Shown piece by piece: positions 8,702-15,911 of a stretch of DNA of 17,209 nt. How positions within the stretch are numbered: position 1 is the stretch's first letter; each line of letters opens with the position of its first letter. The notes under the pieces are model-generated. The model saw only the letters and a program-made list of their open reading frames with translations, had not been told where the DNA came from and ran no database searches. The translations under genes were made by a program, and so were the position numbers. This DNA is from a virus, in the UHGV virus genome UHGV-0341595, one strand, 5' to 3'.

Positions 8702-9085
8702 TCAACCAATCAGCTTATAGCGACCATCCCGTGCATTGCGGCGTACACGCTCAATCTTGAGGCATAGCGCCGCATCTGGCTTTTTTGGGACAGGTACGCG
8801 GCAATATTCAGAAGCGCGAGGAATATTATTTATCCAGTCGATCACTTCACTTAAATACCAGGCCTTACGCCCTTCCGTAACCTGCACACGCTCCGGGAAC
8901 TCTCCACTAGCCTCAAGGTTTAGCAGTGTACGCCGACTCAGGGTTGTAATTTCCATCACCTGATTCATATCAACAAGGCGCTCGCTTAAACACATTTTGT
9001 CAGCGATAGCTTTTAATTCCTCTACAGCTGGATTCGGGTACATCATTTCGGCAATTGGCTTAAGGTCATTGTAATCATTCTGCAT
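8702..9085 (-). CDS. AlpA/MerR-like HTH domain protein, 127 aa, last gene of the E-like/D-like operon, abutting cos
   Basis: ORF track 8702..9085. Central segment MEITTLSRRTLLNLEASGEFPERVQVTEGRKAWYLSEVIDWI fits the AlpA-family HTH pattern. RBS AAGGGGGA 5 nt before the ATG; start is 11 nt after the D-like stop. Confidence 0.6.
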   Translation of the reverse strand: MQNDYNDLKPIAEMMYPNPAVEELKAIADKMCLSERLVDMNQVMEITTLSRRTLLNLEASGEFPERVQVTEGRKAWYLSEVIDWINNIPRASEYCRVPVPKKPDAALCLKIERVRRNARDGRYKLIG

Positions 9086-9096
9086 TGTATCCCCCT

Positions 9097-9438
9097 TTAC
9101 ACACGAGCCAGCGGCTGAACAGAAATACCTGAGCCAACAAACGCTGCAATCTTTACTGACAGTTCTTTTACAGACTCAGGCCAGTTCAGAGCATCAACAT
9201 TTAAGACACCTGTCTTATAGACCTGAGCCTGTGTTTTTTTCGCGGTGTCGATTTGTACAGCGGAAACATAAACCGCTTTACCTACGCTCGAACCATCCCA
9301 TACCACCAGTGCACCTGTTGCATCTTCCTGCATCAGTGGCGTAAATGCAGGAATTACCCCTTTATTAGCTGAAAATATCCCCAGCGTAGTCACCAGTGCT
9401 TCAGTGCCAGCCATGAGTTCAGTGTAATGAGTAGCCAT
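9097..9438 (-). CDS. Head decoration protein, lambda gpD family (divergent), 113 aa
   Basis: TPLMQEDATGALVVWDGSSVGKAVYVSA...KTGVLNVDALNWPESV...KIAAFVGSGISVQP parallels lambda D (TPLMLDTSSRKLVAWDG...LWPEA...AFAGTAISIV) in size and motif order. GGGGGAG RBS overlaps the E-like stop. Confidence 0.7.
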   Translation of the reverse strand: MATHYTELMAGTEALVTTLGIFSANKGVIPAFTPLMQEDATGALVVWDGSSVGKAVYVSAVQIDTAKKTQAQVYKTGVLNVDALNWPESVKELSVKIAAFVGSGISVQPLARV

Positions 9439-9447
9439 TGCTCCCCC

Positions 9448-10488
9448 TTAGCCAATGCGAACGGTAACAAAACGATTGATGCGGGCCGGTATTGGCTGTG
9501 GTGCTGAATGTGTCTGCACATATTCAATAGCCGGATCACCAGGCACAATATAGTTTTTCGGTGCAAGTTCGGCTTTAGTCAGCCCCATTCGGATTAGCTC
9601 CGGATCCTGAATACCGCCATAGGCGACAATCCCCTGAAGAGCCGTATTGCCAAGCACCATCAAATCAGGATCAAGGAAATGTTTTTCAGTTCCGTCCTCG
9701 TCGGTATAACGCCCGCTGTATACAACAATCGCAACATCGCCCATATACCCTTTAAAACTCACCGAATCACCAAGGTCTTTAAGAGCCGTTTCCAGTTCGG
9801 AATTAGAACCACGACGGGTATCCAGAGCCTCTTTTATCGCTCTGAATGAACGGTATTTCTTCCATACATTACCGCCCATAATGATGATATTAGTGACGCC
9901 CTCACTAAATTCTGCGTAGCTCTCAATATCATCATTTGGATCAAAAGTTTCTTTATCCTTACCTGACCACTCAGCACCGCCAGACTGAGTGATGATATTT
10001 TGTGGTTTAATATTCCAGTCCAGCTCATAACGTTCAATACCATCGCCCTCAATGATATTTTTCCCCGTTGTGATTGCCTGAACGGCAAGCCATTCAATAC
10101 GTGCACGAATAGCTTTAGCCTGATTTACAATCGCCTGTTTAACTTTAATATTACGCGCTCCAAAAGCATTGTATTGCTCAGGTGATACACCAGCAGGGCG
10201 CACAGCTAACTTATTTGGATCAATGCTGCTTTTCGGCTTCATATAGCCTGGACGAATTGTTTTTGATTCGTACCCTTCGTCACGTGAAACTTTACTACCC
10301 GCCATAGGAGAACAAAACGCTGCAATTGGGATATTTGGATCGTCGATTGTATCAAGAATAATATCGCGCGATTCAAACATTACCGAGCGAGTAAAAAACA
10401 AACTGGTAAACAACGCATTTAGTTGTTTTTGTACATCTACAGCATTAACCACCTGTACAAGCTGGGTAGGCGAATATAAATCAACCAT
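9448..10488 (-). CDS. Major capsid protein, lambda gpE family (divergent, apparently intact), ~346 aa
   Basis: ORF track 9448..10662 (404 aa). Similarity to lambda E starts near MRMVDLYSPTQLVQ; AAGAGG RBS favours ATG 10488 (alternative 10494). Shares long identical stretches with the truncated E in this window (DTRRGSNSELETA, AIVVYSG, ITQSGG) but is otherwise divergent. The first ~57 track codons are probably untranslated leader. Confidence 0.8.
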   Translation of the reverse strand: MVDLYSPTQLVQVVNAVDVQKQLNALFTSLFFTRSVMFESRDIILDTIDDPNIPIAAFCSPMAGSKVSRDEGYESKTIRPGYMKPKSSIDPNKLAVRPAGVSPEQYNAFGARNIKVKQAIVNQAKAIRARIEWLAVQAITTGKNIIEGDGIERYELDWNIKPQNIITQSGGAEWSGKDKETFDPNDDIESYAEFSEGVTNIIIMGGNVWKKYRSFRAIKEALDTRRGSNSELETALKDLGDSVSFKGYMGDVAIVVYSGRYTDEDGTEKHFLDPDLMVLGNTALQGIVAYGGIQDPELIRMGLTKAELAPKNYIVPGDPAIEYVQTHSAPQPIPARINRFVTVRIG

Positions 10489-10662
10489 ACGCATCCTCTT
10501 TGCATTCATTAAAAATAATTGTGGATATATGCTATCACCGATATTTGTCATGCGAATACATGCAACCGAGTGCAATGTTGTATAAAGTTTTGGGATAACA
10601 ACTTCAGCGCGGATAATTAGTGTTAATATCTTCACTCCCTTTGGCCGGGATTTATGTAGCAT

Positions 10663-10696
10663 GCCGGAAAATTTATTTTTTTCCGGCCTTTTTTAT
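10663..10696 (+). terminator. Hairpin with plus-strand intrinsic-terminator features
   Basis: GCCGGAAAA-tttattt-TTTTCCGGC followed by CTTTTTTATT on the plus strand, between the ssb stop and the E-like upstream region. There is no U-tract in the minus orientation, so it would stop transcription antisense to the capsid operon. Confidence 0.45.
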
Positions 10697-10705
10697 TGGC
10701 AATAT

Positions 10706-11155
10706 TTAAAACGGAATATCATCTCCCCATTGTTCATTATCTCCCACTGGTGGATGGCTTCCTTGCTGATCTGCCTGTTGTTTTGCTCTGTTCAGTGCGT
10801 CAGTAGCCTGACCCTGTTGACCTTTTTTGCCGCCCGGTCGCACCGTTCGCGCACTGATTACGCTGTCTGCGATAACCTGCCAGCCCTGCCGCGTTTCACC
10901 GTTCTGTCCAGTCCACTGGCTCACCTGCATATTACCCGCCACGCTCAGGAGTTCGCCTTTGTGATGCTTTGCCAGCGCGTCGGCTTGTCTGCCAAACGCC
11001 AGGACAGATAACCACATCGTCGCCTGACCGTCATCCGACTGACTGCAGGGCAGTGATACCGCCATACGCGCCAGCGTCATGGGGGTGCCCTTGCTGGTCT
11101 GTTTTGTCTGCGGGTCGTCCACCAACCGCCCGTAAACTGATATTTGCGCCGTCAT
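10706..11155 (-). CDS. ssb: Single-stranded DNA-binding protein (SSB-like), 149 aa
   Basis: N-terminal OB-fold pattern VYGRLVDDPQ...TLARMAV...WLSVLAFGRQADALAKHHKGELLSVAGNMQVSQWTGQNGETRQGWQV, a Gly/Gln-rich linker and the acidic C-terminal tip GDDIPF typical of bacterial/phage SSB. Confidence 0.8.
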   Translation of the reverse strand: MTAQISVYGRLVDDPQTKQTSKGTPMTLARMAVSLPCSQSDDGQATMWLSVLAFGRQADALAKHHKGELLSVAGNMQVSQWTGQNGETRQGWQVIADSVISARTVRPGGKKGQQGQATDALNRAKQQADQQGSHPPVGDNEQWGDDIPF

Positions 11156-11397
11156 GCTGCCTGCTCTCCGGACTTAATATTGATTGTTGTCACTTCCTCC
11201 GCTTCAGCAATCTCCCGTTCGGTCAGAGTGGCAAAGTTTGCAGCCGCCGTTGTCATGAATGCGCTAATCAGTTCGGGATGTGCTTTCGCGTATCCTTCCC
11301 CGGCGTTGCGGTCGATGATTTTTATCGACACCCTTAACCAGTGTTCCGTCAAATCAAGGGCGTGCGATTGTGATTTTTTTGTGTGCTTCGCTGTCAT
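11152..11397 (-). CDS. Hypothetical protein, 81 aa, translationally coupled to ssb
   Basis: ORF track; ATGA overlap with the ssb start; directly downstream of the iteron cluster. No recognisable motif. Confidence 0.45.
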   Translation of the reverse strand: MTAKHTKKSQSHALDLTEHWLRVSIKIIDRNAGEGYAKAHPELISAFMTTAAANFATLTEREIAEAEEVTTINIKSGEQAA

Positions 11398-11443
11398 AGG
11401 CTTTATCTCACAGCAGTAAATTAAAATTTTTGCGTTTTAACCC

Positions 11444-11680
11444 TTCACCTGTTCACCTTTTGATATTTTCTCTTTTAATTCATAATGTTAATGGGTGAAC
11501 AGTTTCACAAAAACTATTCACCAACTGTTCACCACTGTTCACCACTGTTCACCCTTGAAGCTCAATAAACAATCAAAAAGGTGAACAGTGAATAGTTTGG
11601 TGAACAGTTCATAAATAACTGTTCACCCTATAATATACTGATATAAAAGATATTTATGACAGGGTGAACAGTGGTGAACA
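11444..11680. repeat. Iteron cluster (putative replication origin): at least 10 perfect copies of TGTTCACC/GGTGAACA plus degenerate copies
   Basis: TGTTCACC at 11450, 11526, 11536, 11546, 11620; GGTGAACA at 11494, 11580, 11599, 11663, 11673; degenerate TATTCACC 11515 and GTGAATAG 11588. Lies just after the primase stop (11695). The octamer is the P4 type I iteron bound by P4 alpha in ori/crr, as I recall it. Confidence 0.8.
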
Positions 11681-11694
11681 GTTATTCCATAAGT

Positions 11695-13515
11695 TTAATT
11701 TTTGCTATCGTCATTAGTGACCGATACACATGATGGCATCCAGTCTTCTGATTCCTCCGTCAGTGTCACGTTTGAACGCAAACCGTGCTTCGTTTTCCGT
11801 TTCATATACTCCCTGCCATATTCCGCCATTGCCCCCGGCATATCTTTACCGAAGCGCGTCAGTGTTACAGGTTTACCAAACCCATGTGCCCTCATATAAG
11901 CCAGATAGGCATGATAGAGATACCTGCGTGGGCTGAATGGCACAATTTCAGCATTACCCACTAACAGGCCATCACACATTACCGATGCCATGAGATAGCC
12001 GCAGAAGTCCACCAGCGAATCCCCCTCTCGCTTTATCGCCAGTGCTTCTTCAGATTTCTGCTGCTCATATAACAGGCGTCTGGCTTCGTCCTGATCAGCA
12101 AACCGTGTAAGCAGATGGCGAATCACTACCGCCAGCTCACCTTCTATTTTTTCCGCCAGCATCGAATCGCGTTCGTTCTCCGGTACAACTTCCGAAAAAT
12201 TGAATATCACCCGACGACGTGAGATCCCCCCGCTGCGGTCACTGAATGACATGGCGTTATTGTTAACCGCCAGCACTACTGCCGGAATACGCGTTGAATA
12301 GGGGGCTTTGTGTTTCGGGTCAATTGCCACCTTGTCACCGCCTGTAATGGCCTTAATCCCTGCCCCATCACCAGCGTAGCGGGTCATATCCGGCATGATA
12401 ATCAGCGAAAAGCCAACCACTAACGCACGTTCCCTTGCATCTTCCAGCGCCTTCATGCTTGCTGATACTGTATTAGCCTTACCCGCCAGCATGGTGCAAA
12501 TCTCCGCCATCACACTTTTACCACTTCCCCCCGGCCCTGTTACCTCAATGAATAACTGCCAGTCGTACCGGTTCGCCAGCACCATGAATAATGCCGCCAG
12601 TACGCGATCTGCCTTGCGGTCATTCTCAGCCACCGAACGGCGCAACCACTTCCAGAAATTCGGCGCATGTGTTGCCAGCGTTTCCCCCTCTGCTGGTGGG
12701 CTGAAAGGTAATTCACTGGCAATTAACAACCAGTCGTTTTTGTTATGCTCCCGAAAATTACCAGTTCTGGTATCAAATACCCCGTTACTGAATCCAATCA
12801 GGTTACGGGCTGTATTCCCCATTACAGGCAAACTTAACTTCATGGTATCTACCGCCGATTTAATAGCGTTCTGCGAATAGCTGATCTCCGCATCAATGAA
12901 AATCTGCGCCATAGCACGCTGTAACTCTTTATCCTGAACCGGCTCCCATACAACGCCGTTGTAATGATGAACGGTGTCAGAGTCGGCATTGATTGCCAGT
13001 TCGCCGCCGTAATGTGCAAGGAGAACTTCACCGCGCTGGCTGGCCCCCATCTGATTCAACGCCAAAGATGAAGCACGCTCGTCATTTTTGCGCTCTGCCT
13101 TCTTCACTGGCAGTTCAATCACCAGACTTTCCCCATGCTCCGCTTCAGCTTTTAGGCCGACAAGGCGCGGAGTCCAGTCTTCAGGCTCTCGATCAACAAA
13201 GCTACGGTAACAACGTGCTTCCTTTACGCCTGCAATAGCAAGTAATGTCGCAACCTTCGTCAGACTTTTCTCTGCAATCTTTCCGGCACGATAAACACGC
13301 ACATAATGACGGCCTTCATCGATAATTTGCATATCATCCAGGTTTTCCAGTTGTTCCGTACCCAGAATGACTGGTGGTGTATCATCTGCTGCAATATGCT
13401 TACCTGCCCATTCATTCCATTCTTTTGCATGACTCCAGGCATCACTGCCAGCAAAAATGATGACTTCCGTCATTTTGTCGCGCGGTTGGTATTTTAAGTT
13501 CGGAGCACGTTTCAT
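11695..13515 (-). CDS. Replication initiator primase/helicase (P4 alpha-like; D5_N/SF3 NTPase type), 606 aa
   Basis: ORF track 11695..13515; strong GGAGG RBS 5 nt before the ATG; Walker A GPGGSGKS in the central region; size and position (after int-alpA, before iterons) typical of P4/PICI replication proteins. Confidence 0.8.
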   Translation of the reverse strand: MKRAPNLKYQPRDKMTEVIIFAGSDAWSHAKEWNEWAGKHIAADDTPPVILGTEQLENLDDMQIIDEGRHYVRVYRAGKIAEKSLTKVATLLAIAGVKEARCYRSFVDREPEDWTPRLVGLKAEAEHGESLVIELPVKKAERKNDERASSLALNQMGASQRGEVLLAHYGGELAINADSDTVHHYNGVVWEPVQDKELQRAMAQIFIDAEISYSQNAIKSAVDTMKLSLPVMGNTARNLIGFSNGVFDTRTGNFREHNKNDWLLIASELPFSPPAEGETLATHAPNFWKWLRRSVAENDRKADRVLAALFMVLANRYDWQLFIEVTGPGGSGKSVMAEICTMLAGKANTVSASMKALEDARERALVVGFSLIIMPDMTRYAGDGAGIKAITGGDKVAIDPKHKAPYSTRIPAVVLAVNNNAMSFSDRSGGISRRRVIFNFSEVVPENERDSMLAEKIEGELAVVIRHLLTRFADQDEARRLLYEQQKSEEALAIKREGDSLVDFCGYLMASVMCDGLLVGNAEIVPFSPRRYLYHAYLAYMRAHGFGKPVTLTRFGKDMPGAMAEYGREYMKRKTKHGLRSNVTLTEESEDWMPSCVSVTNDDSKN

Positions 13516-13799
13516 TTGTTACCTCCGGCAACTAACATTGCCCGAATTTTACGGATATAGCCTGCGGCACGCCTCTGATTATCTGTCTTGCAATTTTTTA
13601 CCAGAATGAAATCTCTTTCGAACTGCTGACGCGGCATAACACATTCAAAATCATAACCATCACGCAAATAAGAGACACGACGATCATCAACCGAAATAAT
13701 CTTTACCCGATAGCCATAGCTGTCTTTAAAAATATCCCCAAGGCTGATTTTTGAATGAGTTTGACCGCTGGCAATAAAGCCAGAAAATTTATTTTTCAT
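13512..13799 (-). CDS. Hypothetical protein, 95 aa, coupled to primase
   Basis: ORF track; stop overlaps the primase ATG (ATGA). No recognisable motif. Confidence 0.45.
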   Translation of the reverse strand: MKNKFSGFIASGQTHSKISLGDIFKDSYGYRVKIISVDDRRVSYLRDGYDFECVMPRQQFERDFILVKNCKTDNQRRAAGYIRKIRAMLVAGGNK

Positions 13800-13802
13800 T
13801 TT

Positions 13803-14027
13803 TTATTCTCCGGTATAGCTCTGGTCGTGTATTTTTATAGCTTCATCCAGCTCTTTGATGACAGGATCAAGTAACGTAATTAACGCTCCAGCTAAATTAG
13901 CATCCCGTTCATCGTGTTCCGCATTTGTTGTCCCATCAAGCCAGGTTGATAAGATTTCTCGCATATTTTTGCCACAAACGAGCGCGTTTTCAGCATGTGT
14001 CAGCACTTTAAAATAAAGATCATTCAT
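13803..14027 (-). CDS. Hypothetical protein, 74 aa
   Basis: ORF track; tightly packed in the same operon (3-nt gap to the next gene). No recognisable motif. Confidence 0.4.
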   Translation of the reverse strand: MNDLYFKVLTHAENALVCGKNMREILSTWLDGTTNAEHDERDANLAGALITLLDPVIKELDEAIKIHDQSYTGE

Positions 14028-14385
14028 GGCACACCTCCTGACGAATACGGGCAGCGAATATCATCACGTAGCCAGTTGGGGATTGCAGCCGGGCTTCCTG
14101 TTCGCTGGCGGCCTCGATGTGTATTACGCGTGGTTGTGCGGTGCTCAGGGCGATAAAACGCCAGATGAAATTGTTTTCGCATTTCTGAATAAACAGCGTG
14201 TTTTCTTCACGCCCTTTCCAGAAAGCCGCAGTATAGCCCATCTCCTTAACCATCTTGCGGGCATCAACCAGCGTGTCAGCGGCTACATGTACCGTAGTTG
14301 CTCCATCTGCCATGCGGTCGTGGTGTAGTGCCAGAAAGGTGTATATAAATTTAGGGTGAGTTTGGGTATGCTGTGTTCCAGCCAT
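14020..14385 (-). CDS. Hypothetical protein, 121 aa, first gene of the replication-side operon
   Basis: ORF track; 8-nt overlap with the downstream ORF; preceded by a palindromic regulatory region. No recognisable motif. Confidence 0.45.
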   Translation of the reverse strand: MAGTQHTQTHPKFIYTFLALHHDRMADGATTVHVAADTLVDARKMVKEMGYTAAFWKGREENTLFIQKCENNFIWRFIALSTAQPRVIHIEAASEQEARLQSPTGYVMIFAARIRQEVCHE

Positions 14386-14415
14386 AATCGTTACCTCATT
14401 TAACGGGTTGGTTAG

Positions 14416-14448
14416 ACGCCTCGATGGTGTTCCCGCACGTCGAGGCGT
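14416..14448. promoter_or_regulatory. 9-bp inverted repeat hairpin in the leader of the minus-strand operon
   Basis: ACGCCTCGA (14416..14424) and TCGAGGCGT (14440..14448) with a 15-nt loop, followed on plus by TGCATTTTCC. Could be an attenuator/terminator or a protein-binding site. Confidence 0.4.
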
Positions 14449-14468
14449 TGCATTTTCCTAAACACGTA

Positions 14469-14522
14469 TGTAATGTGTCATCACACATTAACACATTACA
14501 TCGGGTGTAATTGACGTGTCAA
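14469..14522. promoter_or_regulatory. Operator-like palindromes in a divergent control region
   Basis: TGTAATGTGT (14469..14478) is the reverse complement of ACACATTACA (14491..14500); ACACATTA is tandemly repeated (14483, 14491); second palindrome TTGAC-GT-GTCAA at 14511..14522 overlaps a -35-like TTGACG. Confidence 0.5.
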
Positions 14523-14695
14523 CACACAAAAATCAAAGACGTGGTAATCCTCCGTTCCAGTTTCGGTTAGATCCTGAGTTGAGGGAGTTGATGGAGCAAG
14601 CACAGCAAGTAGATGGAGACGAATCTTTAGCAGCCTGGATTAAAAGGATTATTCGCAAAGAACTACAGCAACGCGGATATGAAGTCAAAATTTAA
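14516..14695 (+). CDS. Small ribbon-helix-helix-like putative regulator (59 aa from GTG 14516, or 34 aa from ATG 14591); not in the ORF track
   Basis: Hand translation: VSTHKNQRRGNPPFQFRLDPELRELMEQAQQVDGDESLAAWIKRIIRKELQQRGYEVKI, stop TAA 14693..14695. The FQFRLDPELRELMEQA segment fits the RHH beta-strand/helix pattern. GAGGGAG lies before the ATG at 14591. Only plus-strand gene in the satellite backbone. Confidence 0.4.
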   Translation: MSTHKNQRRGNPPFQFRLDPELRELMEQAQQVDGDESLAAWIKRIIRKELQQRGYEVKI

Positions 14696-14708
14696 CAGAT
14701 AATATTTC

Positions 14709-14741
14709 ATATAGAGCCATTTATCTCGAATGGCTCTATAT
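14709..14741. terminator. Bidirectional terminator hairpin between convergent genes
   Basis: 12-bp perfect stem (14709..14720 and 14730..14741) with a 9-nt loop, AT-rich flanks; between the RHH ORF end (14695) and the TIR-like gene end (14771). Confidence 0.6.
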
Positions 14742-14770
14742 CTATGCAGATTTTTAGTTCAAAGAATTTA

Positions 14771-15646
14771 CTAAACTGCGTAACCAGTAGCTCGCAAGTC
14801 TTTAATAATGCTATATGCTACTTCTTCAATAGAAGAATTGAATTTTTTATAAATAAGACCATTCAAATCACTTGGAATCACTACATCACCTGTGTATAGA
14901 CAACAAACCTTAGAACGACCTAATTTCCCTACGAAATAACCAAATTCAAACATTACATTTGGTCGTGCACGTAACTCCTTTTCTCTTTCATTATCAGGTA
15001 AAGAGTCTTGCGGCAATAAATAAGCGATCTCATCAGGTGTGAGAAGAATGAATGCGAAACCAACATCACTATTTGCTTCAAATTTCTCAATCACTGTCTG
15101 ACCTACATCAGCTTGCCTATGGAGAACAATAGGTTCTAAGCCAATTTCTCTTAAAAACACTTCTAAGTTGGTTTTTGATATTTCATCTCTTCCATGAACA
15201 ATGAATACTTTTTTGGTTTTTACCGCTGAACTCTGAGGTACTTCAATATTTTCTTCAACAACTTTGGAAGATATAGGAATTAACTCCAGTCGCTCCATAA
15301 TCGACTCTAGTTTTCTTATCTTACTCTGGAGTTTACGCGTAGCCTCACTGATTTTTTCTCCCAAGGAAGTCTCGTACAATGAAATAACACCAAATGCCCC
15401 ACCTTCATATTCTTCTTTGAAATCATCATTTGTGAAACTACGCTTCAGTAGCTCAGCATTAAAATCACTCCATTTCCTGTAATCAGCATTAAACAGCTCC
15501 AAGTCACTATTGTTATTTATGCTTTTCTGTAGGAGTAATAATCCTTTTTGAATTCTGTCTTGAATTTTATCTTTCATATCATCTCTTGATATGATTAGTT
15601 CACAAACAGTTTTCATTTCTACGCTATTTTTTTTTCGAGTAGCCAT
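14771..15646 (-). CDS. TIR-like domain protein (C-terminal, resembling the predicted nucleotide-binding TIR-like family) with N-terminal helical domain, 291 aa; putative defence effector
   Basis: C-terminal half KKVFIVHGRDEISKTNLEVFLREIGLEPIVLHRQADVGQTVIEKFEANSDVGFAFILLTPDE ... RARPNVMFEFGYFVGKLGRSKVCCLY matches the conserved blocks of that family as I recall them. N-terminal ~140 aa is charged and helical. Gene is strongly AT-rich relative to int/alpA and the primase. Confidence 0.6.
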   Translation of the reverse strand: MATRKKNSVEMKTVCELIISRDDMKDKIQDRIQKGLLLLQKSINNNSDLELFNADYRKWSDFNAELLKRSFTNDDFKEEYEGGAFGVISLYETSLGEKISEATRKLQSKIRKLESIMERLELIPISSKVVEENIEVPQSSAVKTKKVFIVHGRDEISKTNLEVFLREIGLEPIVLHRQADVGQTVIEKFEANSDVGFAFILLTPDEIAYLLPQDSLPDNEREKELRARPNVMFEFGYFVGKLGRSKVCCLYTGDVVIPSDLNGLIYKKFNSSIEEVAYSIIKDLRATGYAV

Positions 15647-15682
15647 GCTTACACCCTTTTATATAACAATTTACTACAACAT

Positions 15683-15910
15683 TTATGTCCGCCATTCCCC
15701 CCTAATCCATGCCTGAACTTCGGAGAGACGGTAAGCTACCGCAGTAGCGCCAATCTTGATCCGCTTAGGAAATTTTCCTTCCTTCTCCAGCTTCCAGCGT
15801 GTGCTGTTCGCAAGAGTGGTTAGCTCCCGACATTCTTTCTCACGGATCATACGATCAATGTTAGGAATGTACTCCAGACCCTTTTTATCAACAATTGCCA
15901 TTTTTTTCAT
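15683..15910 (-). CDS. alpA: AlpA-family transcriptional regulator, 75 aa
   Basis: CRELTTLANSTRWKLEKEGKFPKRIKIGATAVAYRLSEVQAWI fits the AlpA HTH pattern; starts 2 nt after the integrase stop. True start may be an internal Met. Confidence 0.8.
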   Translation of the reverse strand: MKKMAIVDKKGLEYIPNIDRMIREKECRELTTLANSTRWKLEKEGKFPKRIKIGATAVAYRLSEVQAWIRGEWRT

Positions 15911-15911
15911 G

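Noticed and set aside
10489-10662. N-terminal 57 codons of the 404-aa track ORF for the E-like protein
   Set aside because: Similarity to E-family capsids begins at MRMVDLY, and a good RBS precedes ATG 10488; the upstream extension is AT-rich and probably leader/promoter.
10661-11419. Plus-strand ORFs 10661..11011, 10969..11337, 11144..11419
   Set aside because: Antisense to ssb and the coupled 81-aa gene; Cys/Ser/Pro-rich junk-like translations.
11444-11680. Possible CRISPR array, because of the repeated motif
   Set aside because: Repeats are only 8 bp, occur in both orientations with irregular spacing, and have no spacer structure or cas genes; they fit replication-origin iterons.
12395-13497. 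Plus-strand ORFs 12395..12880, 12993..13238, 13306..13497 and small minus-strand ORFs inside the primase region
   Set aside because: Antisense or out-of-frame within the primase/helicase gene, which has a strong RBS and a Walker A motif.
14026-14328. Plus-strand 100-aa ORF and others (15264..15482, 15756..15947, 16316..16701)
   Set aside because: Antisense to the coupled small-ORF operon, the TIR-like gene, alpA and the integrase; no independent support.
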